Assembly: GCA_025603075.1 (NCBI GenBank)
Contig: MU626351.1
Location: 1 to 64,000, forward strand
From: Neoconidiobolus thromboides FSU 785
Lineage: Eukaryota; Fungi; Entomophthoromycota
DNA length: 64,000 nt
Reading direction: 5' to 3'
Made by a program: the position numbers and the translations under genes. Shown here in pieces: positions 13,501 to 27,712 of the stretch (positions within the stretch are counted from its first letter, which is position 1; every line of letters starts with the position of its first letter). The notes beneath the pieces are model-generated. The model worked only from the letters and a program-made list of their open reading frames with translations, did no database searches and had not been told where the DNA came from.

Positions 13501-16196
13501 ATTCATAATATTGTTTGTTGCTTCGCTACTTTGATTAGAAAGTGCTTGTATAGCAAGAATTCCATCTCCATTCCCATTTCCCTTTTCCATAGATCCAATA
13601 TGTTGGGCATTTTTAGTATTCTCTTCAACTACTATTTTCTGATGTTCAAAGCGAGAAGGTGAGTTAGCTTCATTATTCTCGACTTTATTGGATACATGGT
13701 CCATAATTTCTTTTGATGAGGCTTCGAGTTGTTTTTGATCTTCCATATCGCATCCATTTACTTGTTCAATATCTATAAAGTTTAGTGTTTTGAGCATGTA
13801 AAGACAAATAAAGGGTTTACTTGAACTTGATATAGCTTTTTTATGAAGATTAAAGTTTGACGAAGCTCCAACTAACTCTTTGTCTTCTTGAGTTGCTAAA
13901 TAAAGTTAAACTAATTCAAAATAACATTATAATTATTTACCTTGAGCTTCAGTTACTGAGATTATCATAGTGCCTGGTGTATCCGAATGAAGATTATTTT
14001 GCGTCGATGAGTCCGTTTCTGGTACTATATTGGTATTGACATGGCTATTATTTTCGCTTCCAAACATCAATATATCCTCTCCAACTTCAGTATTTTTAAT
14101 TTGTTTATCTACAAAATTTAATCTCTATTATTAGTGAAGTTGATAAATTACCTCCAACTATCAACTCCTTTGGTTGATCACTGTTCTCTAAGTTAAGATT
14201 AATATTATCATTTGTATCATCACGATGACTTTCATAATGTTCTGATATCTTTTCTTCAATTAAGAACTTTAGATTTTCTAATACTTCTTCTTCGACATTA
14301 AATTGTGGTTCGATTTCATTGAAACAATTAATGGAGTCAACTTGTTTCTCAATTTGAGCATTTATCTCATTTAATTTCTCTTCATTGTTTGTAGCGTCTG
14401 TAACATTAGTGTCTAAATTAAAATGGTTAGCATTTTATACATAAAATATGGACATAACTAATTACTCATATTGGGTACTCTTGTATCTACATTCTTTTTT
14501 GAAAGATCAATCGACTGAGATACTGGAGTCTCTGTCTCAAATTCTGATTTTACTACTTCTGCACTTATGTTATCGCTGCATTGGGTATCGTCAACAATTA
14601 CGCTTGATTTGTCTTTACTTTGGGCGCCAGTAATAGCTTTTACTTCTTCGTCTTTGGGAAGTGAGCTTTCTCTGATAGTACCTTGGTGATCTGTAAATGT
14701 ATTACAGTTTTTTTTCTCAGCTTCAAGATTGATTGGTGTGTCTTTTGGATTTTCTTTTTTAGCTTCAAAAGCATCCGCGCTACTTAACTGATTATCTTTT
14801 TGAGCTTGATAATAATTTTCTTGGCTTTTCATATATTCCTTTTTAATTTGAAACTCACCTGGCCTATTTGCCGACTCCTCATTTGGACAATTTAAACCTC
14901 GTTCATTTAATGTAGGCAAGTGAAGTTCATTCCTAATGAATGAACTTGATGATGTATCTTCACTTCCAGAAATATGATGTGGATCACTGTACCTTTGGTA
15001 AACTTCATTATTACTTCTAGCACTTTGACTATACGGAGGATCTGAAAATACATCTTTAAGCTCATTAGTTGGCCTAGCTGGGCTACTATAACCAGAATAC
15101 TGAGAACTCATGCCCCTAATTCTAATTTCATTGTCAAGTCTAGATGAACTATTAATTTCCAAAACACTATCACTTTTATCGTCAATTCCCGATTTTTCGC
15201 TTTTTGGACTTTTGGGATCATTAAGCTCTTGATTATCTTTATGATAGGGTATATGTTCACTGTTTCCTGGTCGATAACTATCCCTAAATATTTTTCTTGG
15301 AATTGAAAATTTTCTGCCTCTATTAAAACGTCCGCGATTCGGAAAATTCCGTCCACGATAATTAGATCTATGATAGTGATTTCTTTCTTCATTAAATGAA
15401 TGATTCGACGCTTCTTCATAGTCTGAATTTTCTCTTGAATGGTCATTTCTAAAATTGGCTCTTCTTTTTGAACTTGAACACTCTGTTGTTGGTGATTTAT
15501 CCTTCAATCTAGAAGAGCGCGTAAAACTTAGCTCATACTTTGACTATTTTAGTTAAAGCTATTAACTTTAATTAGATTATATATTACCTTATTTTTATCT
15601 GATTGATCTATAGGGGAAATGTCATTTCTTTTAAAAGATGAATTTGAAGTCGTTTCAATATCTCTTTCGTCATCAGAGTATACGCGTGGTCCAAGACGAG
15701 AGGTTATATCTAAAGCATGATTGTTCCTGTTTTCACTATCTCCTTGTTGATAATAGGTATTTGTATTTCTGTTAAAGTTCCGATTATAATCTCTGTCTTT
15801 ATTTGATCTAAATTAGTTAATACTACGATTTGATACTGTTTTTCAAAATCAATCTACCTATCAAACTTATTGTTAAAAGAACCACGTCGGAAAGGTCTAC
15901 CTCTATAACCACCACGTGGTCTAAAGGATTAAATGTTTTTTAAAAAAGAATAATCAAAATAAATACCTAAGGTTAGGAGAACTAAAATTAGGATCATGCC
16001 TGTCTTTATTCCAGTTATTTCGATGTTTGTTTTCAGAATTGGATTGCTTATTTGAAAGATTATTTGATTTATAACGAAACTGTTCCTTATTATCTGAGAT
16101 ATCCCTTGATTCTTTTCGATTATACGTAGACCAGTCTTCCCGTGAATACTTTTTTTCATTGTGTGAAAAGCCTTTGTTTTTGTCCTTGTCTTCCAT
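10504..16196 (-). CDS. SNT1: SANT-domain corepressor, Snt1/N-CoR-like, multi-exon
   Basis: WEPLEEKLFIESYLKFPKQFGKIAAKIPDKTPAQCVLFYYRNKK is the N-CoR/Snt1 SANT1 signature. Upstream RG-rich and acidic exons (ORFs 15954-16196, 14458-15507, 13366-13797) are joined by GT-AG introns; long Q/P/H-rich C-terminus. Confidence 0.8.
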
Positions 16197-16507
16197 CTTG
16201 TTTAGTTTTAGGGATTAAGCTGTTATCCTTTTAAACTTTGACTATTAAGGTAATTGTAAATTATTCAAAAAAATAAACTAGAATTTTCAAGTTTACTTAT
16301 TCAATCAATTTAATTTTAAGTTCAATTTTTGCTTTAATTCTTATATCTTTCAATTTCTAGCCAAACCATTCAACTTGTGCATTATTTTTTACTGAACCGT
16401 TCGTAATAAAGTTTAAGTGAAATCATTAGATTAAAAAGCATAAACTAAATCTAATGTGACTGTCATATAAAAGTTAAACTAAGCTAAAAGAAAAAAAAAA
16501 TTCTTAA

Positions 16508-17929
16508 ATGCAAATCAAAAATTTATTATTTGAAAAAATTGTATATATATTATTATTTATTAATGGTATCGCCTCACAGTATCATCGACAGGGGGCATTC
16601 CAAGCTACAAAAATAGTCAATAATAAAGCGGCCGAGGAACACGCTAATAGCGATGATGCTTTTGGCTTAACCCTAAAGCATATCTATCATTTTGGAGAAC
16701 CTGAACCTTCGATTGAGATTTCAGGGGTTGATGTTGTAAACTCTATATTTCAACAATGGGACGCATCAGAAGATAAAAGTTATTCACCAATGCATAGAAT
16801 CGACCTCGAATCTTTGAAAAAACTTAAAGATTACGAAGAGGATCCTAACTTTTTCCAAGATAATAACAACGATGTTGTTTTAAAAGCAAAGAAGTCTATT
16901 ACTACGCTTGCTAAGATGGCAGCTCACGCTTATAATCCACTGCCTAACAGACCATGGAAGGATCTGGGATCAGATTGGAAAGAGGTATTATTTAGTTTTA
17001 AAGATTAAACCACCTTATTTACTGACTCTATTTTTTAGAAAGAAGAATTTGGCTGGAAAAAGAGAAAGGTACGAGGATATATTTTTTCAGACAAGCAAGA
17101 AAAGAAGATGATCATAGCTTACAAAGGAACATCATTTACTTTTTTACCAGGTGGTGATGATTCCACTAGTCCTAATGATAGGGAATCAGATAATTTGATG
17201 TTTTCTTGTTGTTGTGGTACTACAAATGCTAATTGGACACCTGTTTGTCCATGTGCTAAAGATAGGAACTTATGTGATGATAAATGTATTCATCAACATG
17301 CTCAAATGAATACTACTTATTTTCATGGGGCTTTGGTAAGCTTTATATTTTATACTCCGTAAAACGATACTAATTAAAAACATAGGCTATCTACGAGGAG
17401 GCTAAAAGAAGATACCCGGATGCTAAATTTATATTAACAGGTCATTCACTTGGAGGTGCGCTGGCCTCTTTAGTTGCCATGGAAAAAAATATAAACGCTG
17501 TTACGTTTGAAGCACCTGGAGAAAGGTTATACGCTCGTCGATTAGGATTAGATCTTGAGCTTAAACCTGAAACACCATTCATTTATCATTTCGGAAATAA
17601 TGCGGATCCAATATTTATGGGAACTTGGTAAGTTTATATCTACCATATTATGTTTTAATTATTTATATAAACATATTACATTTAGCAATGGTAAACTTTC
17701 GTTATGCTATTTAGGTGGTTATGGGATGGACAGCAAATGTCATACAAATACCAAATGTACCTTTGATGCTATTGAAGATTTAGGTTGGTTACCTAGTATC
17801 TTCCATCATAGGATTAAAGAGGTGGTAACTGAGATATTTGATGATTGGGCAGATGGTTATAGGAATTTTACAGTCTCTTGCGTTTCGAAATCAAACTGTA
17901 CCGATTGTGAAGATTGGAAGTTTAAATAA
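16508..17929 (+). CDS. ATG15: Atg15-like autophagy lipase, multi-exon
   Basis: LKHIYH, TLAKMAAHAY, IIAYKGTS, NDRESDNLMFSCCC, LTGHSLGGALASL, VTFEAPGE, YHFGNNADPIFMG, HRIKEVV, C-terminal CTDCEDWKF. Confidence 0.93.
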
Positions 17930-18615
17930 GAAAGAGGCTTTTGAGATTAGATCCTATTATTACTATATCATTAAATAAAGCGTAAAGCTATTCTATTTTA
18001 GAAAGATTTTGTTTATTTTTGTTTGTTATTTAGTATTCGTAGGGTAACTAAATTTTAAACAGTCATACAAATTTATTACTTCTATAGAGTTTACAAATGG
18101 CTTTGGTCTTTTTGAAAAATCAATGTCGAAAGTATAGAATGAGAATACCAAAATGCTTTTACTAGGAGATAATTTTCAGTTTTAATCATAAAAACATACT
18201 ACTACAACCAAGAATGTGCCTATCTTTTACATGATAATAAAAGTCAACTATCGGAAACCTAATGCTTTTCCTTTTTTAGATTTTAAAGGTTCTACTTTGA
18301 GTATGCAAATATAACTAAATCTCTTTCTGAATCTTTCCTTTCATAACTTTTCCGAATATGTAAATCTCTTTAGTGAACGTTTACTACCTTCAAACAGCAA
18401 TCACTCACTGTTTAACTTTTCACTTAGTACTATGATAATTTACAATTTGATTAGATAGGCATATAGTTGTGTATTATATTTACATTTTAAAGCATAAATT
18501 GATAATCTTGAATGAATAAAACATTGTAAATAAAACAGAATACGTGCTTAAAATATCAGATTTAAAATTATAAAATCTTTTAATTTTTAATTTAACAAAT
18601 TTCAAACATTCATTT

Positions 18616-18708
18616 GAGAATATCTTTTTTATTTTCATCACTTCTTCCATTTTTAAGCGCTATTGAGAGGAAAAATACTTGTAAAATTTTTAAACAAAGG
18701 GGATTTTC
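18616..18708 (-). mobile_element. ~98-bp MITE family copy (degenerate)
   Basis: CTTCCATTTTTAAGCGCTATTGAGAGGAAAAA core; ATTT on both sides. Confidence 0.75.
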
Positions 18709-18890
18709 ATTTTTTATTTGACATAGTATTTAATACATAAATTAATTTTAATTTCAGTTCATGAAAACACATTTAGATGAAAATTATTTTTATGCTTATC
18801 GTTTATTTTTATAAAATTTACATCCATTTCATATTGGGTGCTTGTTAAAAAAAGCTATACAAAGTATTTATCTGTTTAATTTTTAGTTAA

Positions 18891-19620
18891 ATGCTCTTAG
18901 TTTTATTGTTGGGTGCTCAAGTAATTATTGTTTAGCACAAGAAAGCTGAGATAGATGAAGCCACTCCGATACAAATATAAAAAATATTCAACGCGATACC
19001 CAAATAATATTAAAACCAAGTAAAAAGTGCCTCTTAAGTTCAAATTAAGTCTTTTTATTTGGATATGGCATTTGTTCATTAGCATTTATTAATGATATCA
19101 CCCTTTAGCAACATTGAGAAAAAGTCTCTTTATAACACTTCAATGTCTGAAAGTAAAGCAACAGAAGAATTCATGGTAGTGATTTAATCAACTCAACCTT
19201 GAAGCACATCTATCATTATAAAGAACCCGAGCCAGCTGTTGAAGTTGCTAAACAAATGGCTCAATTCCTTTTTTAATATATTAAATGCATCTGGGAATAA
19301 AAGTCATTCATCAACATTTGGTGTTAAATCGAAGAATTTAGAAAATTTTTAAGATAAAAAGGAGTACCTCAAGCTCTTAGAAGATACTGACATGTCATTA
19401 GAGAAAACAACAAACTTAGCTATTACTTTGGAAATAATATGGATCCAGTATCTATGGGAGATAGGTAAAATATTCATCATTATATTTTTAATGCGAGTTT
19501 TAGAAAATAATTGTAATCTTGTCAACACAATCTATATTTTTCGGTTATTTCATTGAACAAAGTCAATGTGGCAGCAGTATAGAACCACAACGATAACATT
19601 TGCCTCTAGATGAATTGGCC
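18891..19620 (+). pseudogene. Degraded tandem paralogue of the ATG15-like lipase
   Basis: TLKHIYHYKEPEPAVEV (19196-19246) matches TLKHIYHFGEPEPSIEI of ATG15. YYFGNNMDPVSMG (19421-19459) matches YHFGNNADPIFMG, with a donor GT at the same position. Stops and a large internal gap are present; the ends are approximate. Confidence 0.75.
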
Positions 19621-19996
19621 TTTTACCTATCCAATTATTAGCTTCGGTATTTTATAGTAAAATAATATCGGAAATATAGGATTGCCTTATTGTCATGTTT
19701 AAGTGCATTTAAATGAATGAAATATAATAAGTAATTATAATTCAGTAAATGATAATAAGTTATTATTAATATGTAAATTTGAGAATAGATAAAAAAAATA
19801 AATATCATTTTTTATTATAAAATAAAATGAACCAATGATAATGATTTATAATCATTTTAAGATAAGATTCTAGTCACCATCTAATCAAAGTTCATATGTA
19901 GCATTGATGACTCAACCTGATATTCTCAAATAATAAACATATAAAAATTCAAACAAAGCTTTAAACTTGTACTTTAATTCTATTTAAAAATATATT

Positions 19997-22276
19997 ATGG
20001 CTTACTGGAAAAAACTCCAGAAAACCCAGATTCTATCAAATATATCATTAAAACAATTAAAATTTCAAAGATCATTAACTACATCATTTAGATTATTTAA
20101 TAACAATAATAACGATAACGATATGGAGTTAAATAAATTTTCTTCTACATTAACTCAACATAAATCTAGAGGAGCTGCTCAAGCTATGTGTAAGTTATTG
20201 ATATTTATTATATAAATAAAAGCAACTAAAGCCATTTTATTAATGTAGTATACGCCACTGGTTTGAAAGAAGAAGATATGTCTAAGGCACAAATTGGTAT
20301 CTCTAGTGTGTAAGTAAATCACTCATTTGTCTTTCTAGAAACTAATCGAATTATTCTTCTATTTTATATTATATTCTACTCTATATTAGTTGGTATGAAG
20401 GTAACCCATGCAATATGCATTTAAATAAATTGTCAGATCATGTGAAACTTGGTGTTGAAAATAATAACTTAATTGGTTATCGATTTAATACTATTGGTGT
20501 ATCGGATGGTATGACTAATGGTACAGAGGGTATGTCATATTCTTTACAATCCAGAGATATTATTGCAGATTCCATTGAAACAGTAAGATTTTGAATATTG
20601 TTGAATGGCATTTTTTATTAATTATTGTGGTTTAGGTCATGTGTGGTCAATTTTATGATGCAAATATATCTTTACCAGGTAAATCATACCATAAATCAAA
20701 CTATTTTCAATCAATTAATCTCTCCCCATTCAAGGCTGTGATAAAAATATGCCAGGTTGTTTAATAGCTATGGGACGAGTAAATCGCCCCTCAATAATGG
20801 TCTATGGTGGTACCATTAAACCAGGAAAATCAAGTTGTCGACCAGGTCAAAATTTAGATATTATATCAGCATTTCAAAGTTACGGTGAATATATAACGGG
20901 TAAGATTGATGAAACTGAAAGAAGTAGTGTAATTAAAAACTCATGTCCTGGAGCTGGCGCTTGTGGTGGAATGTATACTGCCAATACTAGTAAATTTTTT
21001 TATTTATGAAAGGTGTTGGTAATGCGGTATTAATAGTTTATTTTTTAGTGGCCTCAGCAATTGAAGCTATGGGTATGTCATTACCTTATTCTTCTTCTAT
21101 ACCAGCAGAAGATGGAGAAAAAATTAAAGAATGTTTAAGAGCGGGAGAATACATTAAAATTTTGTTAGAAAAAGATATTAAACCAAAAGATATTATGACA
21201 AGAAAAGCCTTTGAAAATGCTATTACAGTGGTTATGGCTCTAGGAGGTAATACGATTTATCAACTCAATTTACTCTCTCATTAATTTTATGAATTTAAAT
21301 GAAGGTTCCACCAATGCAGTATTACATTTAATAGCTATGGCTCGTGCAGTGGATGTTGAATTAACACTTGATGATTTCCAAGTTATAAGTGATAAAGTGC
21401 CCTTTTTAGCAGATTTGAAACCCAGCGGTAAATACGTTATGGAAGATATCCAAGGCATCGGAGGTACTCCAGCCGTCTTGAAATATCTATATGAAAATGG
21501 CTTGATACATGGTGATTGCATGACGGTAACTGGAAAAACAGTAGCAGAAAATTTAGCTTCTGTACCAGGCTTAAAAGAAGGACAGGATATCATTAGACCT
21601 TTAGAAAAACCATTAAAACAAACAGCTCATATTCAAATATTAAAAGGTAATTTAGCACCGGAAGGTAGTGTGGCTAAGATTACTGGTAAAGAGGGATTGT
21701 ACTTTGAAGGTCCTGCTAATGTATTTGATAATGAAGAAGCGATGCTAAAAGCTTTAGAAGATAATAAAATTAATAAAGGTGATGTGATTATTATTCGTTA
21801 TGAAGGTCCTAAAGGTGGACCCGGTATGCCTGAAATGCGTAGGTGGTTCATTTTTTATTGGGTAAAAAAGATATTAATAGTTATTAGTTACTCCAACTTC
21901 TGCCATTATGGGAGCTGGATTAGGTAAAGATGTAGCTATGATGACAGATGGAAGATTTTCAGGTGGTAGCCATGTGAGTCTTTTAATTAATACGCTATAA
22001 TATTTATGTAATATCCATTCATTCTAGGGTTTTATCATTGGACATATCTCACCTGAAGCACAAGTAGGTGGTCCCATTGCATTAGTAAAAAATGGGGATC
22101 GTATCATTATTGATGCAGTTAATAAAAGTATTAAAATGGCTGATGTAACAGAAGAAGAGCTAGTGGAAAGAAAGAAAGAATGGAGAGCACCACCATTAAA
22201 AGCTAATCGTGGGACACTTTATAAATATATTAAAAACGTCAAATCAGCGTCACTTGGATGTGTGACGGATGAGTAA
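19997..22276 (+). CDS. ILV3: Mitochondrial dihydroxy-acid dehydratase, multi-exon
   Basis: Presequence-like start, [69 protein letters not shown], ends SLGCVTDE*. All introns are GT-AG and join in frame. Confidence 0.97.
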
Positions 22277-22398
22277 GGCTATTAGGAGTGGTAAATACGA
22301 TTTAATTTAAAAATAAATGAAGACAAAATTAAGAGGGATATTATTTTATGGTTATTTTTTATTTTAAATATCACTATATTATGCTATAATATTCTCTA

Positions 22399-23234
22399 TT
22401 ACATTCTCTTTCTATCTTTTAAAAATTCATTAATAGCAAATAAACTTTTAAATCCCTGGTACTTCATATGTGGTAAATCGATCCAAAACTTACTTTGTTT
22501 AAACTCCTTCCTACCCACATATTCATCCAATAATCTAAAAGTGACATGAGGTAATCTTCCATACTTTAACATACCGACTTTAATAGTAGTAAATTCGGAA
22601 CTTCCTAATATGGAAGTAGTTTCAAAAGTAACTTTAGTGTTGTGAGTGATCAACTGAGTTTCGGTGGGTTTAACATTTTTTTCTATTGAATTTTGAATGG
22701 GGATAATGTTGTCTGATTCTGGATATAAATACATATGTAATACATAAGGGCCACAAAACCAATGCATAAAACTAGTGGAAGCTAAACTGGTGATACAAGC
22801 TAAAATAAAATAAAAATATTAATTAATAAAGTTCATTTTGTTATAGGTATTGTTATTGTTATATTATTATTATTCTATTATAACTAAATCCAAATACCTA
22901 GTACCACCCAAGTAAACGAAAAATTAGCTTGCTGTACCCAGGGATGTTGCCAATAAACAGTAAATAAAGGCAGTGACACAACACCTAATAAACTTGTCAT
23001 TAAAGATAATTTTTTGACTAATTGGATCGCTCTTCCAGAAGGGGAAGTGAATACCAATTCACCTTTGAGATCATTAATTTCGTTCAATGAAGTGGGTTGA
23101 AGTAATTGATTGTTCGAGAATACGGAAGTTTGTGTATGAAATGCTAGCTTTTGAGTGCTAAGATTTAATGACGGATAGAGATTGTATCTTAATTTTAATA
23201 TTAAATTAGATTTTAATAGTTTAGATTGAATCAT
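22399..23234 (-). CDS. TMEM70/TMEM186-family mitochondrial membrane protein, two exons
   Basis: Presequence-like N-terminus, AIQLVKKLSLMTSLLG followed by two TM segments, MHWFCGPYVLHMY and TFETTSILG; one intron near 22810-22895. Confidence 0.7.
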
Positions 23235-23491
23235 TTTTTTTAAGCTTTGAAATGAAATAAGTGATTTTTAAATCAAAATTAAAAATTGAAGTTTGTTGAG
23301 TTTACAAATAAAATACATTTTCAAAAGTATAGGAATGCTTTTTCATTTTTTTCATTTTTTGAATGCTATTATTGCATTGAAAGATCAATTATTGTAGATC
23401 CTTTAAAAAATACCTAACATATTTTAATTTATATAATTATAAAACAAATTAATATATATAAATTAAGTGACAAAGATAGCAACTAAAATGA

Positions 23492-23563
23492 TTCTTCATG
23501 GTCCAGTGGTTAGGATTTTCCGCTTTCACCGGAACGGCCGGGGTTCGATTCCCCGTGAGGAAG
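23492..23563 (+). tRNA. trnE-TTC: tRNA-Glu (anticodon TTC)
   Basis: 72 nt; acceptor TTCTTCA/TGAGGAA, D arm TGGTCCAGTGGTTAGGA, anticodon loop CT-TTC-AC, T loop GGTTCGATTCC; no intron. Confidence 0.95.
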
Positions 23564-23785
23564 TAATAGATCTTTATTAAGCAATTTTTTGATGTAATTA
23601 TCAAACTTGGTTCAAATGCTACAAAAATTATCACTTTTGCTTATATTGGGCGTTTTTTTATCCAATTTTAATGGTTTTTTCTAGTTTTACGCTACATGAG
23701 AAATGGACAAAATTTGAATCAAGCTTTTAAACATATCAAAAATCGAAATTTTATAAAAGAATTGTTTTCTAATTATTTTAACAAA

Positions 23786-26700
23786 ATGAAAAAGGATAAA
23801 TTAAAATTGAAGCAAAGTAAATTAATGAGTATATAGAAATACCAATATTAGGTATTAATGATATTGAATTTAGCTACTTTAAATAATATATTAACGCCCA
23901 TTGGGGTGAAGGTTAATAGTAAGTAGTAATATCGATGGTATTAATAATGAATAGAAATTAAAGTTAACTTACATAACATTTAGCCAACCGAGGTATAGAA
24001 ATCGACAAGTTTGTTGAGGTAATATTAGTACAATTTATTAAATGATTTGGATAGATATTGATGAATTGCTATTATTTAGACACGTAAGAATGAAATTGAA
24101 CAGATGGAAAAAACGATGAAACAATATAGGTAAAGATAAAAGCAACTAACAACAATTAGTTTTTGATTTTCGATTTTTGATTTTGAGTCTATTTTTGTTA
24201 AATTAGAAAATCAGTCAATAAAAGAGCGTTTCAAACACTTCCAAGATATTTAAGAAGAAGAACAGCTAGTCATAATTGTTATAGAGTGCCGCAAAGATTA
24301 AGAGAAAAAACCAAATTTGAAGTGAGTATTTAATATTAGTAGTAATAGTATCCAAGTTTAATGGGATTCAATTAATATACATAATTATAGATCTCTAAAG
24401 ATGGCTTAAAAATAAGAAAAAGAAGCTCACGATTTAAATATTATGCTAAAAATAGAAGGTTAGAATATCTAAAAAGGCAAAGTAAGTTGTAGTTTATTAG
24501 TGAATTGTTTTTGTTTTTTATATTTTCAATCAATAGAAAATAAAACTTGGTTACAAACGCATATTTGGCATGCCAAAAGAATGCATATGAAAGTATTATG
24601 GGGCTATTCATTGGTAATAAGATTTAACTTAATATGTTATTTATATTAATATGGTATTTATTATTATTGTTATTATTACTTCTTGTTATTATAGCCCATT
24701 AAAGCTACATTGAAAAACTATCGAACTTTATATCGATATAATAAGACTAAAGCAACGATTTATGATATAAGTTATAATTCTATAATCCAATTAAATGGCA
24801 ATAAAATAGAGTTAAGTTCATTTTTAAATTTGTTTTTGGATCCATCCGAATTATCAGTAAAGAGCAAAAGGTAATATTAATATTTAGTTGTTTCTTTTTA
24901 TAAGGATATTAATATTGCTTTTATTAGAATATCAACAGGAAAAAGGATGTACTCAAGCATGTTATATGAGAAATTAAGTTTCCCTTATAACTTATTATGC
25001 CCAATTAAATTGATTTTCCAATCCACCCTCAACCAAACAGAACCCTCATCTAACAATACTAAAGTATGGATTATAATCCATGCTTCATGTTATTATAAAG
25101 TATTTAATATGTTCGAAAATGAAATTAGAGAAAGTGAATCAAACATTCAGTTATTAAATTTAAAGGATAAATTGAATTTGTTTTTATTAAATGGTAAAAA
25201 TGCAGCTATGAGTTTATCCAAGGCGTTGGATCCAACAGAGAGTGATGATCCTAAATTAGGTAATTCGAAATATGGACAAGAGGTAAAAAAAACTTATTTA
25301 AATTTAGATTTTTTTCTGAGATATTAATATTACTTTTTATTAGTTATTTTCCTTGTTACAATATCCAGGCTTAGCAACTACCATTGGTTTAAATACTATT
25401 TTTTCAGTCACTTTATTGGATCCTAGGTTGAGGTAAATTTAGTTTTATATAATAATAATAGAGTATTTAAATTAACATATGAATAACAAATAATAGAGGA
25501 ACTCCAAGAAAAGAAAAGAGCATAGAAAGTTATCAAATTACAAAAGATAAACAAGATAGAATCATTGATCTTTTATTAACTCATACCGATGATTTAGCTT
25601 ATTCAAAATTATGGGATATGATGGAGAATGAAGAAGAAAATAAAAATAGCGAGAAAAGTATTAATAATAGAAAATCAAAAGTGAGTCAAGCTATTTTATC
25701 GTAACTATATATTTATAATAATATTGTATTTAGTTGTTACTTCCTAAAACAGGATTAAAACCTACACCTTGCGATAACCGTATCCCCATCATCATCGTCA
25801 AGACAAGTATCTCTTCCCACCCTACATCAGAAAAAGACAATTATTTATTAATAACTCCCTCCCAATGGGGAAGAGATTTATTTAAACAGTTTGTTTTTAA
25901 TTCTACTTTAGTAATGGGTTTAAGAGATTATAATAATTTAAATTATGAATCAAAATCATTCCGATTTCCAAATGATTATCCAATGACTAACAGTTATTTG
26001 GAGTATATCAAAGATAAAAAGCTATTAAAGATGAGTAAGTATTTAGCAACTTCAAAGGCAAAGAGAGTCAATTTTGAAAAATTAAAAGTGAAATATCCAT
26101 TTGGACCCGAGTTTAAAAGTTTAACCTATTATCAACAATTAAGAGGAGAGGAAATAGAGGGAAATAGAATGGGAAATAAACGTAAATTAAAAGAAGAAGA
26201 GGGAAATAAAGAGGATATCAAAATGGAAAATGAGAGTGATAAAGTAATGGAAATTAAAAAAAACAAATTAAAGAATAAAGGTGAAGAAACAGATAGAAAT
26301 ATAGAAGAACCTAACACTGCTATCATCACTTCTCTAATTAATTTAAACTCTATGTTCTTATTACCAAATAAGTTAGTTAGTGAAGTTATTAAAATTAAAG
26401 ATGATGAACAAAAATTAATAAATATTAATAAAATATTAGATCAAAGTTTAAAAAGCTATGAATTTAAAAGAGAAATTCAATTGAATAATCAAGTGAATTG
26501 GGATTCAGGATTAATTCAAATCAATTTAGAATTTATTAATGGGGCGAGTGGTAAATTTAAATTTGGTATGGTTTATATGATGAATAAAAATTGGCTAGAG
26601 ATAAAGAAGGATGAAACGGTGAAAGAGGTAAATCCATTATTACTAACTTTTTTTAATTATTTGATTTAAATTTTATTCATTTATTAATGATAACTTTAGA

Positions 26701-27016
26701 AATCAAATTCAGCGAATGATATACCCCCTGAATCTGACATTATTGGCTATGTAACTTCAAGTAATTATTCATTAAGTGAAGGAAATGTAACTGGAATGGC
26801 AAGTATTTTATTAAAATCTTTGGTAGAATTGATGATTAAAGATAAAAGGTAAGTGGATTGTTTTATAAAGTTGTTTTTTTGAACAGATATAGGTGATGAG
26901 GTTGAATTTTAACTGATAGTGTTTTTTTTAGGAAAAATAGAAAAGATAAGTTATTGGTTTTAGTACGTTCAACCACATCTAGAGTTCCCAAAGTGGCTAG
27001 AATTATACTTCCTTAA
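23786..27016 (+). CDS. POP1: RNase P/MRP subunit Pop1, many exons
   Basis: FQTLPRYLRRRTASHN (about 24230-24275), WLQTHIWHAKRMHM..WGYSL (24548-24613), POPLD-like PSQWGRDLF/FPNDYP and IGYVTSSNYSLSEG; stop 27014-27016. The start codon is inferred. Confidence 0.92.
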
Positions 27017-27412
27017 GTAAAAATAAATAAGTGTGAAAGTTTCGATTGATAACATAGAGAAATTGATTTTTAATGTTTTTTTAATAAATTGTAAAATGAA
27101 AATTGTTGATAAGCTTTCTTAAGATTAAAATATGAATTTTAGCTTTTAATTTTATGTTATTATAAATATTTAAAAGTTAAAACTGATTGATTTTCTAATA
27201 TTGTTCAATTAATTGTACTTTATATCAGCCTTAAATGCAAGGTCATTGTCTATTTAATAAAAATCAGTTATGAATTAATGGATCTTTTAGTTTAATTATT
27301 TTTATTTATCAAATATTGAAATTATAACATGGATTTGATAAAGTGGAAAAATATGACAAAACAAGAAAATTGCCCCTACTAACAAGTTTTTAATAGTTGT
27401 TAATAATTAGTT

Positions 27413-27509
27413 GGGGATGTATTTTCGTGCTTAAGAACTTTACTAATAAATTTTTCACTTAAATAGCGCTTAAAAATGGAAAAAATAATGAAATCAAAAA
27501 AACACTCCC
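27413..27509 (+). mobile_element. ~98-bp MITE family copy
   Basis: GGGGATG...CACTCCC flanked by AGTT/AGTT. Confidence 0.92.
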
Positions 27510-27612
27510 AGTTAATTATTATGTATCATCATACTTTTCCACTTTACCAAATCCATTTTATCCTTTATTTTTTAAATCAAATTTAACAATACTAATGATT
27601 CAAAACATTAAT

Positions 27613-27712
27613 TTGTTTTTTTGTTTAACAATTTTATTAACAATTTTATTAACAGTTTTCCACTCAAATAGCACTTAAGAAATAGAAGTGATGAAGCTGA
27701 AAAAAACACCCC
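27613..27712 (+). mobile_element. MITE copy lacking its 5' G-run, abutting solo-LTR copy B
   Basis: Short internal tandem duplication of the AATTTTATTAAC motif; ends AAAAAACACCCC directly before TGTGAAAT. Confidence 0.8.

Noticed and set aside
23645-23745. Possible very old MITE copy between the tRNA and POP1
   Set aside because: Only scattered short matches; no termini or TSD.
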